From Terriglobia bacterium (lineage in GTDB: Bacteria > Acidobacteriota > Terriglobia > Acidiferrales > UBA7541): a DNA stretch of 64,000 nt. This document shows positions 9,771-19,575 of this stretch, piece by piece. The stretch spans positions 160,001 to 224,000 of the forward strand of contig OY968796.1 in assembly GCA_963695545.1 (NCBI GenBank), in the 5' to 3' direction. Under the pieces are notes generated by a model. That model did no database searches. It was not told the origin of the DNA and worked only from the letters and a program-made list of their open reading frames with translations. The first letter of the stretch is position 1. Every line of letters starts with the position of its first letter. Position numbers and translations under genes: made by a program.

Positions 9771-10603
9771 CGCGGGCCCTTGCCGCCGCTCGCGCGCCCC
9801 GCGCCGGTCGGAGAAGCTGGGCGCTGCGGAAACTGCGCTGCCGCGGCTTCATCCAGCAGGAAATACCGGTCTCCGTTGCGCGGCTGCACCATTTGCGCCG
9901 GCACCGGCGGCTCGGTGGCGCCTTCGATCACCTGCTTCACCAGCTCCGCCTTGTCGCTCCCAGTGATCAAAAAAAGAATGCGCTCGGCCGCGTCCAGCAC
10001 GGGTAGCGTCAGGGTCATGCGACGCGCGCCCAATTTCGCCACCAGAGGCGTGCTCACCCAGCGCGAAGTGTGCCGCAGCGTCCGCGAGCCAGGAAATAGC
10101 GAGGCGGTGTGCCCCTCCGTGCCCATGCCCAGCATGATCAAATGAAAGCGCGGGAAGCCGCGGTCGTCGAGCTCGAGATTCTTGCGCAAAATCTCCTCAT
10201 ATTCATGCGCGGCGCGGCCGATATTCGGACTTTCCGCTTCCATGCGGTGAACATTTGCCGGAGGGATCGGCACCTTCAACAGCAACTCGCGACGCACCGC
10301 GCCGTAATTGCTTTCTGGATTGTCGGGCGGCACGGCGCGCTCATCGCCCCAAAAAAGATAAACGCGAGGCCAATCCACCTGCGCGCGATATTCGGCCGTG
10401 GCCAGCAGGCTGTACATGCCCAGCGGCGTGTGCCCGCCGGAAAGCGCCACGCAGAATTTGCCTTCGCGCGCGATCGATTGCCAGGCCCAATCCACGAATT
10501 GGCGCGCCGCTACGCGCGTAAGCGCTTCAGCATCGCGGCACACGCGAACGCCCGGCAGAATTTCCCGCGTTACGCTATTCGGAATTGCGCCAGGATCGGC
10601 CAT
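9767..10603 (-). CDS. pgl: 6-phosphogluconolactonase
   Basis: ALSGGHTP, FWGDER, LGMGTEGHTASLFP, RMTLT. Confidence 0.93.
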   Translation of the reverse strand: MADPGAIPNSVTREILPGVRVCRDAEALTRVAARQFVDWAWQSIAREGKFCVALSGGHTPLGMYSLLATAEYRAQVDWPRVYLFWGDERAVPPDNPESNYGAVRRELLLKVPIPPANVHRMEAESPNIGRAAHEYEEILRKNLELDDRGFPRFHLIMLGMGTEGHTASLFPGSRTLRHTSRWVSTPLVAKLGARRMTLTLPVLDAAERILFLITGSDKAELVKQVIEGATEPPVPAQMVQPRNGDRYFLLDEAAAAQFPQRPASPTGAGRASGGKGPR

Positions 10604-12122
10604 CTCGCTCCAGTAGCGCGTCGGATTCTTTCGGTCCCCAACTGCCGGCCGCGTAATTCGGAAAAGCGGGCTTTTGGCCGCTCCAAGTATTCAAGATCGG
10701 ATCCACCAGCGCCCAGGTGGCTTCCACGCTGTCGGCGCGATCGAACAGCGTGGCGTCGCCGCGCATGCAATCGTTCAGCAACGTGGTGTATGCGCTGCGC
10801 TCCGCGGCGCCGAAAGCTTTGTGATAACTGAAATCCATGGCCACGCTCTGCACGCGCATTTCCTGGCCGGGCAACTTCGCGCCGAACGAAATCGAAATGC
10901 CTTCTTCGGGCTGGATGTTCAGCACCAGGCAATTTGGAGCCACGTTCTGTCCGCGAAACACTTCGTGGGGCGCTTGGCGGAACTGGATCACGATTTCGGT
11001 CATGCGGGTATTCAGCCGCTTGCCCGTGCGCAAGTAAAACGGCACGCCGGCCCAGCGCCAGTTGTCCACTTGCAGCTTGACCGCGGCAAAAGTCTCCGTC
11101 GCGGAATCCGGCTTGACGCCTTTTTCCTGGCGATAGCCGGCTACGGGCGCGCCGGCCACTGTGCCCGGGCCATACTGTCCGCGCACAACATCGCGCGCGA
11201 CGCTCTCCGGCGTGAATCCTCGAATGGACTGCAGCACCTTGATTTTTTCGTTGCGCACCGCGGTGGCGTCGAAGACCGCCGGCGGCTCAAGCGCCACGAG
11301 AGCCGTCAGTTGCAACATGTGGCTCTGGATCATGTCGCGCACTGCGCCGGTTGTTTCGTAGAACGACGCGCGCTGCTCCACGCCCAAAGCTTCGCTCGCC
11401 GTGATTTGCACGTGATCCACGAAATTGCGGTTCCAGATCGGCTCGAAGATGCCGTTGCCAAAGCGCAGCACCAACAAGTTCTGCACCGTGTCCTTGCCCA
11501 AATAATGATCGATGCGGTAGACCTGCGACTCGTCGAACACGCACAGAACGGCCTTGTTCAACTTCACCGCCGATTCCAAATCGTGGCCGAACGGCTTTTC
11601 AATGATGATGCGCACCCACGACTGTTCGTTCCCCGGCTTCGACAATCCCGCCTTGTGCAACTGCTGAATGATCAGCGGATAGACTTCGGGCGGCGTGGCC
11701 AGATAGTAGAGGCGATTTCCGCCGAGCTGAAATTTCTTGTCGATTTCTTCCAGGCGCTGCGACAGCTTCTCGAATCCGTCGGGCTTGTCGTAATCGCCCG
11801 CAACGTACGAAAAACTTTGCGCGAAACTCTTCAAAACGTCCTCTTCGACTACGCCCGAATCGCTGCTGCTGCGTGTGGATTCCGCCGCCTTGGTTTGAAA
11901 TGCCGCGTCGCTCATGGGCGTGCGCGCGAAGCCGACCACGGCAAATTTCCGCGCGAGCGACTTGTCCGCCGCGAGACTATAAAGCGCCGGGATCAGCTTG
12001 CGATGCACAAGATCGCCGGACGCGCCGAAAATCACCACCGCGCAAGGATCCGCGGCGGGCCCGCTCTGAGGGCGCGGCTGCGCCTTCGGCGCGTCGGCCA
12101 CAAGCGTCGCGTTTGAGGTCAT
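10575..12122 (-). CDS. zwf: Glucose-6-phosphate 1-dehydrogenase
   Basis: GASGDL, EKPFGHD, RIDHYLGK, GVPFYLRTGKRL. Confidence 0.96.
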   Translation of the reverse strand: MTSNATLVADAPKAQPRPQSGPAADPCAVVIFGASGDLVHRKLIPALYSLAADKSLARKFAVVGFARTPMSDAAFQTKAAESTRSSSDSGVVEEDVLKSFAQSFSYVAGDYDKPDGFEKLSQRLEEIDKKFQLGGNRLYYLATPPEVYPLIIQQLHKAGLSKPGNEQSWVRIIIEKPFGHDLESAVKLNKAVLCVFDESQVYRIDHYLGKDTVQNLLVLRFGNGIFEPIWNRNFVDHVQITASEALGVEQRASFYETTGAVRDMIQSHMLQLTALVALEPPAVFDATAVRNEKIKVLQSIRGFTPESVARDVVRGQYGPGTVAGAPVAGYRQEKGVKPDSATETFAAVKLQVDNWRWAGVPFYLRTGKRLNTRMTEIVIQFRQAPHEVFRGQNVAPNCLVLNIQPEEGISISFGAKLPGQEMRVQSVAMDFSYHKAFGAAERSAYTTLLNDCMRGDATLFDRADSVEATWALVDPILNTWSGQKPAFPNYAAGSWGPKESDALLERDGRSWRNSE

Positions 12123-12136
12123 GGCTCCCCTCCTCG

Positions 12137-13051
12137 CTATTTCTTCGGTTCGGTTTTCACCGCGTGTCCGCCGAATTTATTGCGCATGGCCGCCAGCAGC
12201 TTATCGGAATATGAATCCGTGTCGCGCGACGTCAAGCGCTGCAAAAGTGAAAGTGTAATGATCGGCGCGGGCACGTCCAGGTCGATCGCTTCGGCCACCG
12301 TCCAGCGCCCTTCGCCGGAATCGGAAACGTACGGCGCAAGGCCGTCGAGCGTCGGATTTTCTTGCAGCGCCTGGCTTGTCAGGTCCAGGAGCCAGCAGCG
12401 CACCACGCTGCCGAAGCGCCAGATCTCCGCCACTTGATGCAAGTCGAGGGCGAAATCTTTCTTGTGCTCCAAAACCGAAAATCCTTCGGCGAACGCCTGC
12501 ATCATCCCGTACTCAATTCCGTTGTGCACCATCTTCACAAAATGTCCCGCGCCCGGCGGCCCCACGTGGCCCCAGCCTTTGTCCTTCGCGGGCGCCAGCG
12601 TTTCAAGCGCCGGGGTCAAGCGGGCCACCGCTTCCTTTTCTCCGCCGACCATCAGGCTATAACCTTCCTTCAAGCCCCAGACGCCGCCGCTGGTGCCCGC
12701 GTCCATGAAAAGAAATCCCTTGGCTTTCAATTCCGCCGCGCGCCGCATGGATTCCTTGTAATTACTGTTTCCGCCGTCCACCAGCAAATCGCCTTTCGCC
12801 AAATGCGGCAGCAAATCGTTAATCGTCTGGTCCACCGGCGGACCGTTCGGCACCATGATCCAAATCGTTCGCGGCGCTTTCAACTTGGACGCCAAATCCG
12901 CCAGAGAACTCGCTCCTCCCCCTCCCACGGCCACGACTTTCGCGACCGCAGCGGCATCGCGGTCATAGCCAACGGCGCGATGGCCGCCGCGCACCAGTCG
13001 CTCAACCATATTCGCGCCCATTTTTCCCAAGCCCACCATTCCGATTTCCAT
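12137..13051 (-). CDS. gnd: 6-phosphogluconate dehydrogenase, decarboxylating (short form)
   Basis: GLGKMG, DGGNS, HFVKMVHNGIEYG, DSGEGRWT. Start set at MEIGMVG after a GGAGA RBS. Confidence 0.93.
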   Translation of the reverse strand: MEIGMVGLGKMGANMVERLVRGGHRAVGYDRDAAAVAKVVAVGGGGASSLADLASKLKAPRTIWIMVPNGPPVDQTINDLLPHLAKGDLLVDGGNSNYKESMRRAAELKAKGFLFMDAGTSGGVWGLKEGYSLMVGGEKEAVARLTPALETLAPAKDKGWGHVGPPGAGHFVKMVHNGIEYGMMQAFAEGFSVLEHKKDFALDLHQVAEIWRFGSVVRCWLLDLTSQALQENPTLDGLAPYVSDSGEGRWTVAEAIDLDVPAPIITLSLLQRLTSRDTDSYSDKLLAAMRNKFGGHAVKTEPKK

Positions 13052-13089
13052 CGTCTTCTCTCCTCTTTCTCGATTCCTCGCGCGCGCCC

Positions 13090-13713
13090 TCAGGCGGTCG
13101 CTTGCCAAACCACGCCGAGGTCAGCCAGATCGCGCCGCAACTGCGCGCCGCCCCGAAATTGAATCGCGCTCATCCCCAATAGCCGCGCGCTTTCCAGGTT
13201 CTCCGCGCGGTCGTCGATAAACGCGCATTCGCCGGGCTCCCGCTGCGTCACGTCAAGCGCTCTGCGATAAATCTCAACGCCCGGCTTACGCGCCCCCATA
13301 AAGCACGAACTGAAAAACGCGCTAAAACTTTTCCTAAGTCCAAATTTCCGAATCCGGTAAATATTCAGCTCAACCGCCTCATTGTTGAGCGTGAACATTA
13401 AATAGCGCACAGAGCGCGCGATTTCATCCGCGATGGCATGGCCTTCCGGCAGATCCTGCGACTGCGCGAACATGAAATCGCGAAATTGTTCGGCCGTAAA
13501 CGCACGCGGTTCGTAGAACACCGTGCGCTCGAGATACGTCTGCAATGTGATGCGCCCGCATTCCCACGCCTCGTCCACTAACTTGTGACGCGCTTCAAAA
13601 TCGGCCGCGTCGAGACCGAACTTGCGCATCGCCGCGGCGCGTGCGTCGCCGTCCCAGCCATTCGATAGGAGCACGCCGCCCACATCCCAAAACATCGTCG
13701 TGATTTTGGGCAC
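13090..13713 (-). CDS. HAD-family phosphatase
   Basis: DVGGVL motif I, RKP, FIDD. Probable GTG start at 13713. Confidence 0.82.
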   Translation of the reverse strand: MPKITTMFWDVGGVLLSNGWDGDARAAAMRKFGLDAADFEARHKLVDEAWECGRITLQTYLERTVFYEPRAFTAEQFRDFMFAQSQDLPEGHAIADEIARSVRYLMFTLNNEAVELNIYRIRKFGLRKSFSAFFSSCFMGARKPGVEIYRRALDVTQREPGECAFIDDRAENLESARLLGMSAIQFRGGAQLRRDLADLGVVWQATA

Positions 13714-13865
13714 GCATCGCTCCTGCCTTGTTGTCTCAAAATCCGAGGCTTCCCGCAAGCCGACTTTCCTCGGGGCCGCCGCCGGTTTGGCCGGCGCTCA
13801 GTGTGGTAAGATTTCGATGCGGAATCCGGTTGGATGGCACACGCCGGCCCGCGGAGCGTACTTCT

Positions 13866-14201
13866 GTGGCAGACGATTGCGGACCGACCAATCCCGCGCC
13901 TCCGAGCGAGCCCGCCGCTCCCGGCACACGCATGGTCCATTGCGTGAAATTCGATAAGGATATGCCCGGCCTCGATCGTCCGCCGTGGCGCGGCGAGTTG
14001 GGCAAGCGCGTGTACGAGAACGTATCCAAAGAAGCCTGGAAACTTTGGATCGAGCACTCGAAGATGGTCATGAACGAATATCGTCTGAACCCGCTCGATC
14101 CCGCGTCGCAAAAAATCATGGAAGAACAGCTCCAGGAATTTTTCTTCGGCGAAGGCGCTAAACTCCCCGAAGGCTACGTTCCGCAGCGCGCCAAAAGTTA
14201 A
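13866..14201 (+). CDS. yggX: Fe(II)-trafficking / oxidative-damage protection protein
   Basis: MVHCVK...GELGKRVYENVSKEAW..W...MVMNEYRLN...PEGYVP. Start uncertain. Confidence 0.88.
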   Translation: MADDCGPTNPAPPSEPAAPGTRMVHCVKFDKDMPGLDRPPWRGELGKRVYENVSKEAWKLWIEHSKMVMNEYRLNPLDPASQKIMEEQLQEFFFGEGAKLPEGYVPQRAKS

Positions 14202-15523
14202 TCCGCTTCGCCGTAACCTCGCGCCGGCAAACGGCCTGTGGCTGGATGCTCGACCGGCAATTCCGCAATCAAATTGAAATGCAATTGTGCGTGTGCGGCG
14301 CGCACCGCCGCTTCGGCTTCTTCCGGACTCTCCGCGCGCGCAAAAATAAAGCCGAGATAACTTGCGCCCTCGGGCCAAGCCACCACGCGATCGCGGAGGC
14401 GCGCCGTTATTTCAATCGCCTCGATGTGCGCGACGCCGCGCGCGCGATCCAATCCTTCAACGCCATCCAGAATTCCGCTCGCCGGCACGGGAATCATCAT
14501 CACCGCCGCGGCTTCGGCCTCGCGCTCGGCGTCGCTCCCGGGCAGCGCGAATGCATGCCGCACCAGCAACTCTTCGAGCGGCATCCGCGCTGCGCCGAAG
14601 CGCAATGTGCGCGCGCAAAGCCCGCCGATCGGCCGCGGCGCGCATTCCAGAGCCCACGCGCCGCGATCGTTCCATCGAAATTCGGCGTGGATCGGCCCGC
14701 GCGTCAATCCGAGCGCCGTCACCGTGCGCCGCGCGCATTCTGCTAACGCTTCTTGCGCAGAAGCAGGCAATCGCGACGGCGTCACGTAAATCGTCTCCTC
14801 GAAATACGGCCCTTCGAGCGGATCGGGCTTATCGAAAATCGCGAGGATGCGCAGACCGCCGCGATCAATCAGGCCTTCGACAGCAACCTCGATTCCGGGC
14901 ACGTACTCCTCGATCAGCACGCGGTCAAGCTCCGGCTCGCGCGTCACCTGAACTTCCGGCGATTCAACCAGAGCGCGCACTCGCGCAACCGCCGCGCACA
15001 ATTCCGCGGCGTTGTTGGCGCGAATCACGCCTTGGCTTGCGGACAGGCGCAGCGGTTTCACCACGCACGGAAATTTCACGCGCGACAAAATTGCATCGAG
15101 CGAATCGGTGACGGCGAACGAGAAAAATCCGGGCACGGACACGCCGGCGGCTGCAAGGACTTCGCGTTGACGCAGCTTGCTCCGGCAATTCGCGACGGCC
15201 TCGGCAGAATTGTACGGCAGTCCCAACGACTGTGCGGCGAGCGCCGCGGCGAGTGGCGAGCGGTCGCCCAGCGCGAGAATGGCGGAGATCGGAACGCCGT
15301 GCGCGCGCGCCACGATTTCCGCCGCGGCTGCTTCGGCGTCCGCGAAATCCAGCGGCCAGGCGCGATCGTTCCACGGATCGTCAAGCTGATGGCAACAATC
15401 CGTGCCAAGCGCAACTTCAATGCCGAGGCGTTGCGCCGCGTCGATGAAGCCTCGCGTTTGGTAACCGAGCTTGCTCGCGAGAATCAGCAAGCTCGGATTT
15501 TTGCGATTATCCACGGCAGCCAC
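14198..15523 (-). CDS. ATP-grasp domain protein
   Basis: VVKPLRLSASQGV, IEEYVPGIEVAVEG, HAEFR, ECAPRPIGG. GTG start at 15523 or 15514. Confidence 0.85.
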   Translation of the reverse strand: MAAVDNRKNPSLLILASKLGYQTRGFIDAAQRLGIEVALGTDCCHQLDDPWNDRAWPLDFADAEAAAAEIVARAHGVPISAILALGDRSPLAAALAAQSLGLPYNSAEAVANCRSKLRQREVLAAAGVSVPGFFSFAVTDSLDAILSRVKFPCVVKPLRLSASQGVIRANNAAELCAAVARVRALVESPEVQVTREPELDRVLIEEYVPGIEVAVEGLIDRGGLRILAIFDKPDPLEGPYFEETIYVTPSRLPASAQEALAECARRTVTALGLTRGPIHAEFRWNDRGAWALECAPRPIGGLCARTLRFGAARMPLEELLVRHAFALPGSDAEREAEAAAVMMIPVPASGILDGVEGLDRARGVAHIEAIEITARLRDRVVAWPEGASYLGFIFARAESPEEAEAAVRAAHAQLHFNLIAELPVEHPATGRLPARGYGEAD

Positions 15524-15534
15524 GCCTTTTAACT

Positions 15535-17043
15535 TCAAACGAAACCGTCGATCGCGGCGCGGGCCACGCGCGCTGCCGGTGCCGCGACGCCGGAGCCACA
15601 ATTGTCTGGCGCGGCCGGCGCGATTGGCTGCGCAATGCCGATTGAAACGAACTGCTCGCGCGCCGGTTCGGCGCAGCAATACCACGGCTCGTCGAAATGC
15701 GGGATCGCGGCGAGGGCGCCCGCCGGTAACTGCCATGCGGTAGCTTCGCCTGCAATACCGTCAGCTTCAGCGGCAGATTGCCAGATCGCCGCGAAGATTT
15801 GCGCGCGGCTCAATTTCGCCGCCTCGCCCCGCTCCACGATTTCCTGCACGCGTCGACCGAGCGCATCCACGCGCGGATCGCCATGGCGCCAAGGGTATGC
15901 GAGGCCCGCGCGATCGAACGGCTCGACGAGATCCTGCACTTCCGGCAATTCGAGCAACCGCGATCCGGCGGGAATCAATAGACGGATCGCTAGTTGAATC
16001 GGCGGAACGTTGGCCACGAAATCGCATTCCGCGATCACGCTCAGCAGATCGCGAAAGCCCGCGAGCGTCGTCCACGGCGTGAACGGAACGAAGGTCGGCT
16101 GAAGGATCAAACCCAGTTCGCGAAAGTTGTGCGCGACAGCCAAAAAATCCGCGCGCGTGTGGCCCTTGTCGAGACGCTCGAGAATCGCGTCGTCGACGGA
16201 TTCGACCGCGCTCGTAACGAACAGACAGCCCGTGTCGCGAAGCTCGGGCAAAAGATCGGCGTGGCGCAGCAAATGTTCGATCTTGATCGTCACGTCGTAC
16301 GTCACGCCCGGAAATTCGCGATGCATCGCGCGAACGATCGCGAGTCCATGCGTCGGCCCATTGAAAAAATCGGGATCGCCAAAAGTGATGTGCCGTGCGC
16401 CCGCGGCAACTTGTTGCCGCACGTCAGCAAGCACAATTTCGCGCGCAACAACGCGAAAAGTTCCGTTGTAGACCGGCACAATCGGGCAGTGCCGGCAGAG
16501 ATGTTTGCAGCCTCGGCTCGCTTCCGTGTATCCCGCGAGAATTTCTTCGCCGCTTGGCATTTGCAGCCGCGCATAAAGATCGAGCGCCGGCAATTCCTCG
16601 CGCCTCGGCACAAGAAAATCCTGTCGTGCGAGTGAAATCGTCGGCTCGGCTTGAGCGCCCGGCTCGCGACTCTCGCCGCGTTCAAGCCGATCGGCCAGAT
16701 CGGAGAGGCCCGTCTCAAATTCGCCGCCGAGAATTGTTTCGACGCCGAGTGCTTTAAGGAAATCCTGATTCATCGGCGCGTATAAGCCGTAGCAACAGAT
16801 GTTCGCGCGCGAATTCAGTCGCCGCACGCGCTCAATTTGTTCCGCCGCCAGCCGCGTCGCCGTGTGCATCGGCAAGTGAAATGCGACGAGATCCGCACCG
16901 CGAATTGCATCTTCGTCGAGCGCCTGCCGCGAACGATCGCGACACGCAACGTCGTGTCCGCGCGCGGCGAGCCACGCCGCCGGCGACGCCAAACCGAACG
17001 GCGGCCGACCGAGTTCGTACGTCGATATCAGAACGATTCGCAT
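15535..17043 (-). CDS. CUAEP/CCAEP-tail radical SAM protein (Cys form)
   Basis: SRGCKHLCRHC (CxxxCxxC), B12-binding-like N-terminus, late EPWYCCAEP motif. Confidence 0.85.
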   Translation of the reverse strand: MRIVLISTYELGRPPFGLASPAAWLAARGHDVACRDRSRQALDEDAIRGADLVAFHLPMHTATRLAAEQIERVRRLNSRANICCYGLYAPMNQDFLKALGVETILGGEFETGLSDLADRLERGESREPGAQAEPTISLARQDFLVPRREELPALDLYARLQMPSGEEILAGYTEASRGCKHLCRHCPIVPVYNGTFRVVAREIVLADVRQQVAAGARHITFGDPDFFNGPTHGLAIVRAMHREFPGVTYDVTIKIEHLLRHADLLPELRDTGCLFVTSAVESVDDAILERLDKGHTRADFLAVAHNFRELGLILQPTFVPFTPWTTLAGFRDLLSVIAECDFVANVPPIQLAIRLLIPAGSRLLELPEVQDLVEPFDRAGLAYPWRHGDPRVDALGRRVQEIVERGEAAKLSRAQIFAAIWQSAAEADGIAGEATAWQLPAGALAAIPHFDEPWYCCAEPAREQFVSIGIAQPIAPAAPDNCGSGVAAPAARVARAAIDGFV

Positions 17044-17103
17044 CGCGTGGCTGGAGCTCGCCTCAGTTCGCCGTCGCAATCCATTGTAGTCCATCGCGGT
17101 GAG

Positions 17104-18048
17104 TCACTGTGGCACGCTCACAGGTTGGGGGAGCGACGGGAATGGCGGGCGGACGGAGACGGCGGTCGCGGTCGGAAAATCCGCGGGCACCGGAATCGTG
17201 ACGGGCCTGTGCGCCAGCCATTGAATCGCGCGCGGGATTAGCGTTTGCACGGCGGCGCAGCGCATGCTCACGGGTTGCACGTCGCCGGGCCAGATGTGGC
17301 CGTAGGTGGAAACGTAAACGCGGCCTTTACCGTAGCGTACGGTCCATTCAACCGGCCACAGCAATCCCTGGCCGGGTTTTGAATCGCGCGCGTAGGCGAG
17401 GACGCGTAAATTTTTCGCGGGGCCGCGCGTGTAGTAGTAAACCTCCATGTAGGGCGAGAGCCATTGGCGCGGCATTCCGGCGTGGATGGGATCTTCGCCC
17501 AGGCGCGTGACCAGCACGTCGCCGCGCGGGCCGTGATTCGTATCGCCGCCGACGCCCGGCGGGATGCGCACCATCTTTCCGTTCGCATCCATGCGAATCG
17601 AGGTTCCGTAGTCCGCTTTGCGCCACAACAGCGCGACCATCTTCTCGTATTCGGTCCAGCCGATGAAGGCGTTTTCGGCGCCGTGGAAAATGTAGACGCC
17701 GCCGCCATTGCGCACGAAATTCTCAAAATCTTTTTGCACCGGCTCGGGCCAAACATTCGGGTGGTGGTAATCGTTGCAATTTTGGATCACCACGTCGTAA
17801 TCGGAAAATTTCGGGCGCCAGGTGCCCCAGGCGGGATCGCCGGCTTTCGCCGGCGCTGTGCTCACGGAGACGTCGAATAAACCGGACGGCGCAAGGATCG
17901 CTTGAATCATCGCGGTGGTCTGCTGCCAATCGTGATTGTTGTATCCATCCACGATGAGCACTCGGATTTTCGGGGCGTCGGCTCGTGCGGGAGCCAGCGC
18001 GGCGAAGAACGCGATGACGAGGCAGATAATTAGCGAACGGCGATTCAT
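17104..18048 (-). CDS. Secreted ThuA-like domain protein
   Basis: Signal peptide, VLIVDGYNNHDW, FVRNGGG..FH, YGKGRVY...GH. Confidence 0.78.
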   Translation of the reverse strand: MNRRSLIICLVIAFFAALAPARADAPKIRVLIVDGYNNHDWQQTTAMIQAILAPSGLFDVSVSTAPAKAGDPAWGTWRPKFSDYDVVIQNCNDYHHPNVWPEPVQKDFENFVRNGGGVYIFHGAENAFIGWTEYEKMVALLWRKADYGTSIRMDANGKMVRIPPGVGGDTNHGPRGDVLVTRLGEDPIHAGMPRQWLSPYMEVYYYTRGPAKNLRVLAYARDSKPGQGLLWPVEWTVRYGKGRVYVSTYGHIWPGDVQPVSMRCAAVQTLIPRAIQWLAHRPVTIPVPADFPTATAVSVRPPFPSLPQPVSVPQ

Positions 18049-18557
18049 TTTTTCTCCCGAGCGAGCAGCCGCTCGATTTGCTTCAGGTGATTGATATCGT
18101 GGCCGGCATTCAGACGCAGGATGTGCTCGATCGATTCCTGGCCGCGTTCGGCGTGCATGCCGTAGTGCTTCCACTGTTCGGGCGCGAGCGATTCGAGCAG
18201 CGCGAGATTCGCCTCGCGCACGGCGGTGAAATGCGCGAGCGATTTGCGCGCATCGCGCTTTTCGTAATGCAGCGCGGCGGCCCAGGCATCTTGATCGAAT
18301 GGTTGGATCGGTGTGCCGGGAGCGCCAAGAATCTGGCGGATGCGCCAGGCGGTGACGGTTTCGCAGTCGGCGAGGTGCGCGAGAATTTCCGCGACGGACC
18401 ATTTGCCCGGCGCGGGGCGCTTCCGCAATTTCGATGCGGCTTGGCCGCGGACAAGGCGCGCGATTTTTTTCGGCGTGGACGTTTGGACCTTCCAGGCATC
18501 CTGCCCTTCGACGTTTCCCAGAATGCGTTTGATGTAATCCTGCGGGTTTTCGGTCAT
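18045..18557 (-). CDS. DinB-family protein
   Basis: PAPGKWSVAEILAHLAD...GHDINH. Confidence 0.85.
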   Translation of the reverse strand: MTENPQDYIKRILGNVEGQDAWKVQTSTPKKIARLVRGQAASKLRKRPAPGKWSVAEILAHLADCETVTAWRIRQILGAPGTPIQPFDQDAWAAALHYEKRDARKSLAHFTAVREANLALLESLAPEQWKHYGMHAERGQESIEHILRLNAGHDINHLKQIERLLAREKK

Positions 18558-18757
18558 AAGCTCGCTTCCCACGGAGATATCAATGCGACGAGCAAGCATC
18601 TTACAACGAAAGCCATCGCCGGCTCGAAACCGGAGATTCGCTTGAGGTGGTCGGCGTCGTGTGCTAGATTCCGGCCGCTGCGCTGACGCCGGAGCGCCGT
18701 TCTGGTGGGCGCGGGAAAAATCCCGCAATCTGATTCTCGATCTCGAGAGGTGCACTC

Positions 18758-19504
18758 ATGAAATCTCTTCGCAGTTCGGCCGCGCACATTCGCGCTGAGC
18801 GCTTCGATGGATTCGCGTTTGTGGCTGGCGTGCTCGCTCTTGCAATTGTTCTCGCGGCGACAGGTTGCGGGAAATCGCACGAAGAATCCACGTCCGCGCC
18901 CGCGGCGCCCGCGGCTCCAGCAGCACCGGCGGCACCTGCGGCTCCAAGCGGACCGGCGATGACTGCGGCCGCGCCGGCAGCCAACGGCGGCGCGGACACC
19001 ACGGCGAAACTCGCCGCCGCCGACTGGGCGATCAAGCAGGACTCGATCAAGAATGATCCCAACGGCCAGTGGGCCATCTCCGCCACTTCTTCCTCGAGCT
19101 ATAACGATGCGCAGGGCATGCAACCATGGTCCGCCAACCAAGCGACGGGCGCTCCGAACGTGGCGGCCTACGCCGACGATGGGAGTGCCTGGGCGCCAAA
19201 AACGCAGGACAGCGGCATCGAGTGGCTCGATCTGAAATATCCGAGACCCGTCCACGCGACGGACGTGCGCGTGCGCGAATCGTTCAATTCGGGGACGATT
19301 ATCAAGATCGAGCTGATCGATAGCGCCGGCACCGCGCACACCGTGTGGGCCGGAAACGATCCCACGACCGGGCTCAACTATATGCTGGTCACATTTCCGA
19401 AGACCGACTACAAAGCGGCGGAAGTGAAAATCACGCTTGCCACCAACATCGGTCCGGGATGGAAAGAAATCGACGCCGCCCAGTTGGTGGGGACCGACCA
19501 GTAG
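18758..19504 (+). CDS. Lipoprotein with Pro/Ala linker and galactose-binding-like beta-sandwich domain
   Basis: Lipobox LAATGC, (PAA)n linker, SSSY..WSANQATGAPN...EWLDL...EIDAAQLVG. Confidence 0.65.
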   Translation: MKSLRSSAAHIRAERFDGFAFVAGVLALAIVLAATGCGKSHEESTSAPAAPAAPAAPAAPAAPSGPAMTAAAPAANGGADTTAKLAAADWAIKQDSIKNDPNGQWAISATSSSSYNDAQGMQPWSANQATGAPNVAAYADDGSAWAPKTQDSGIEWLDLKYPRPVHATDVRVRESFNSGTIIKIELIDSAGTAHTVWAGNDPTTGLNYMLVTFPKTDYKAAEVKITLATNIGPGWKEIDAAQLVGTDQ

Positions 19505-19575
19505 CCGATCCAGGGGAACTGTCACCGTTTCGAGGATTCGGGGATTGGCGTCGAGAGTGAGCATTCCCTCCGATC

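Noticed and set aside
15660..15690. Selenocysteine in the radical SAM tail
   Set aside because: The codons are TGC TGC; there is no in-frame TGA.
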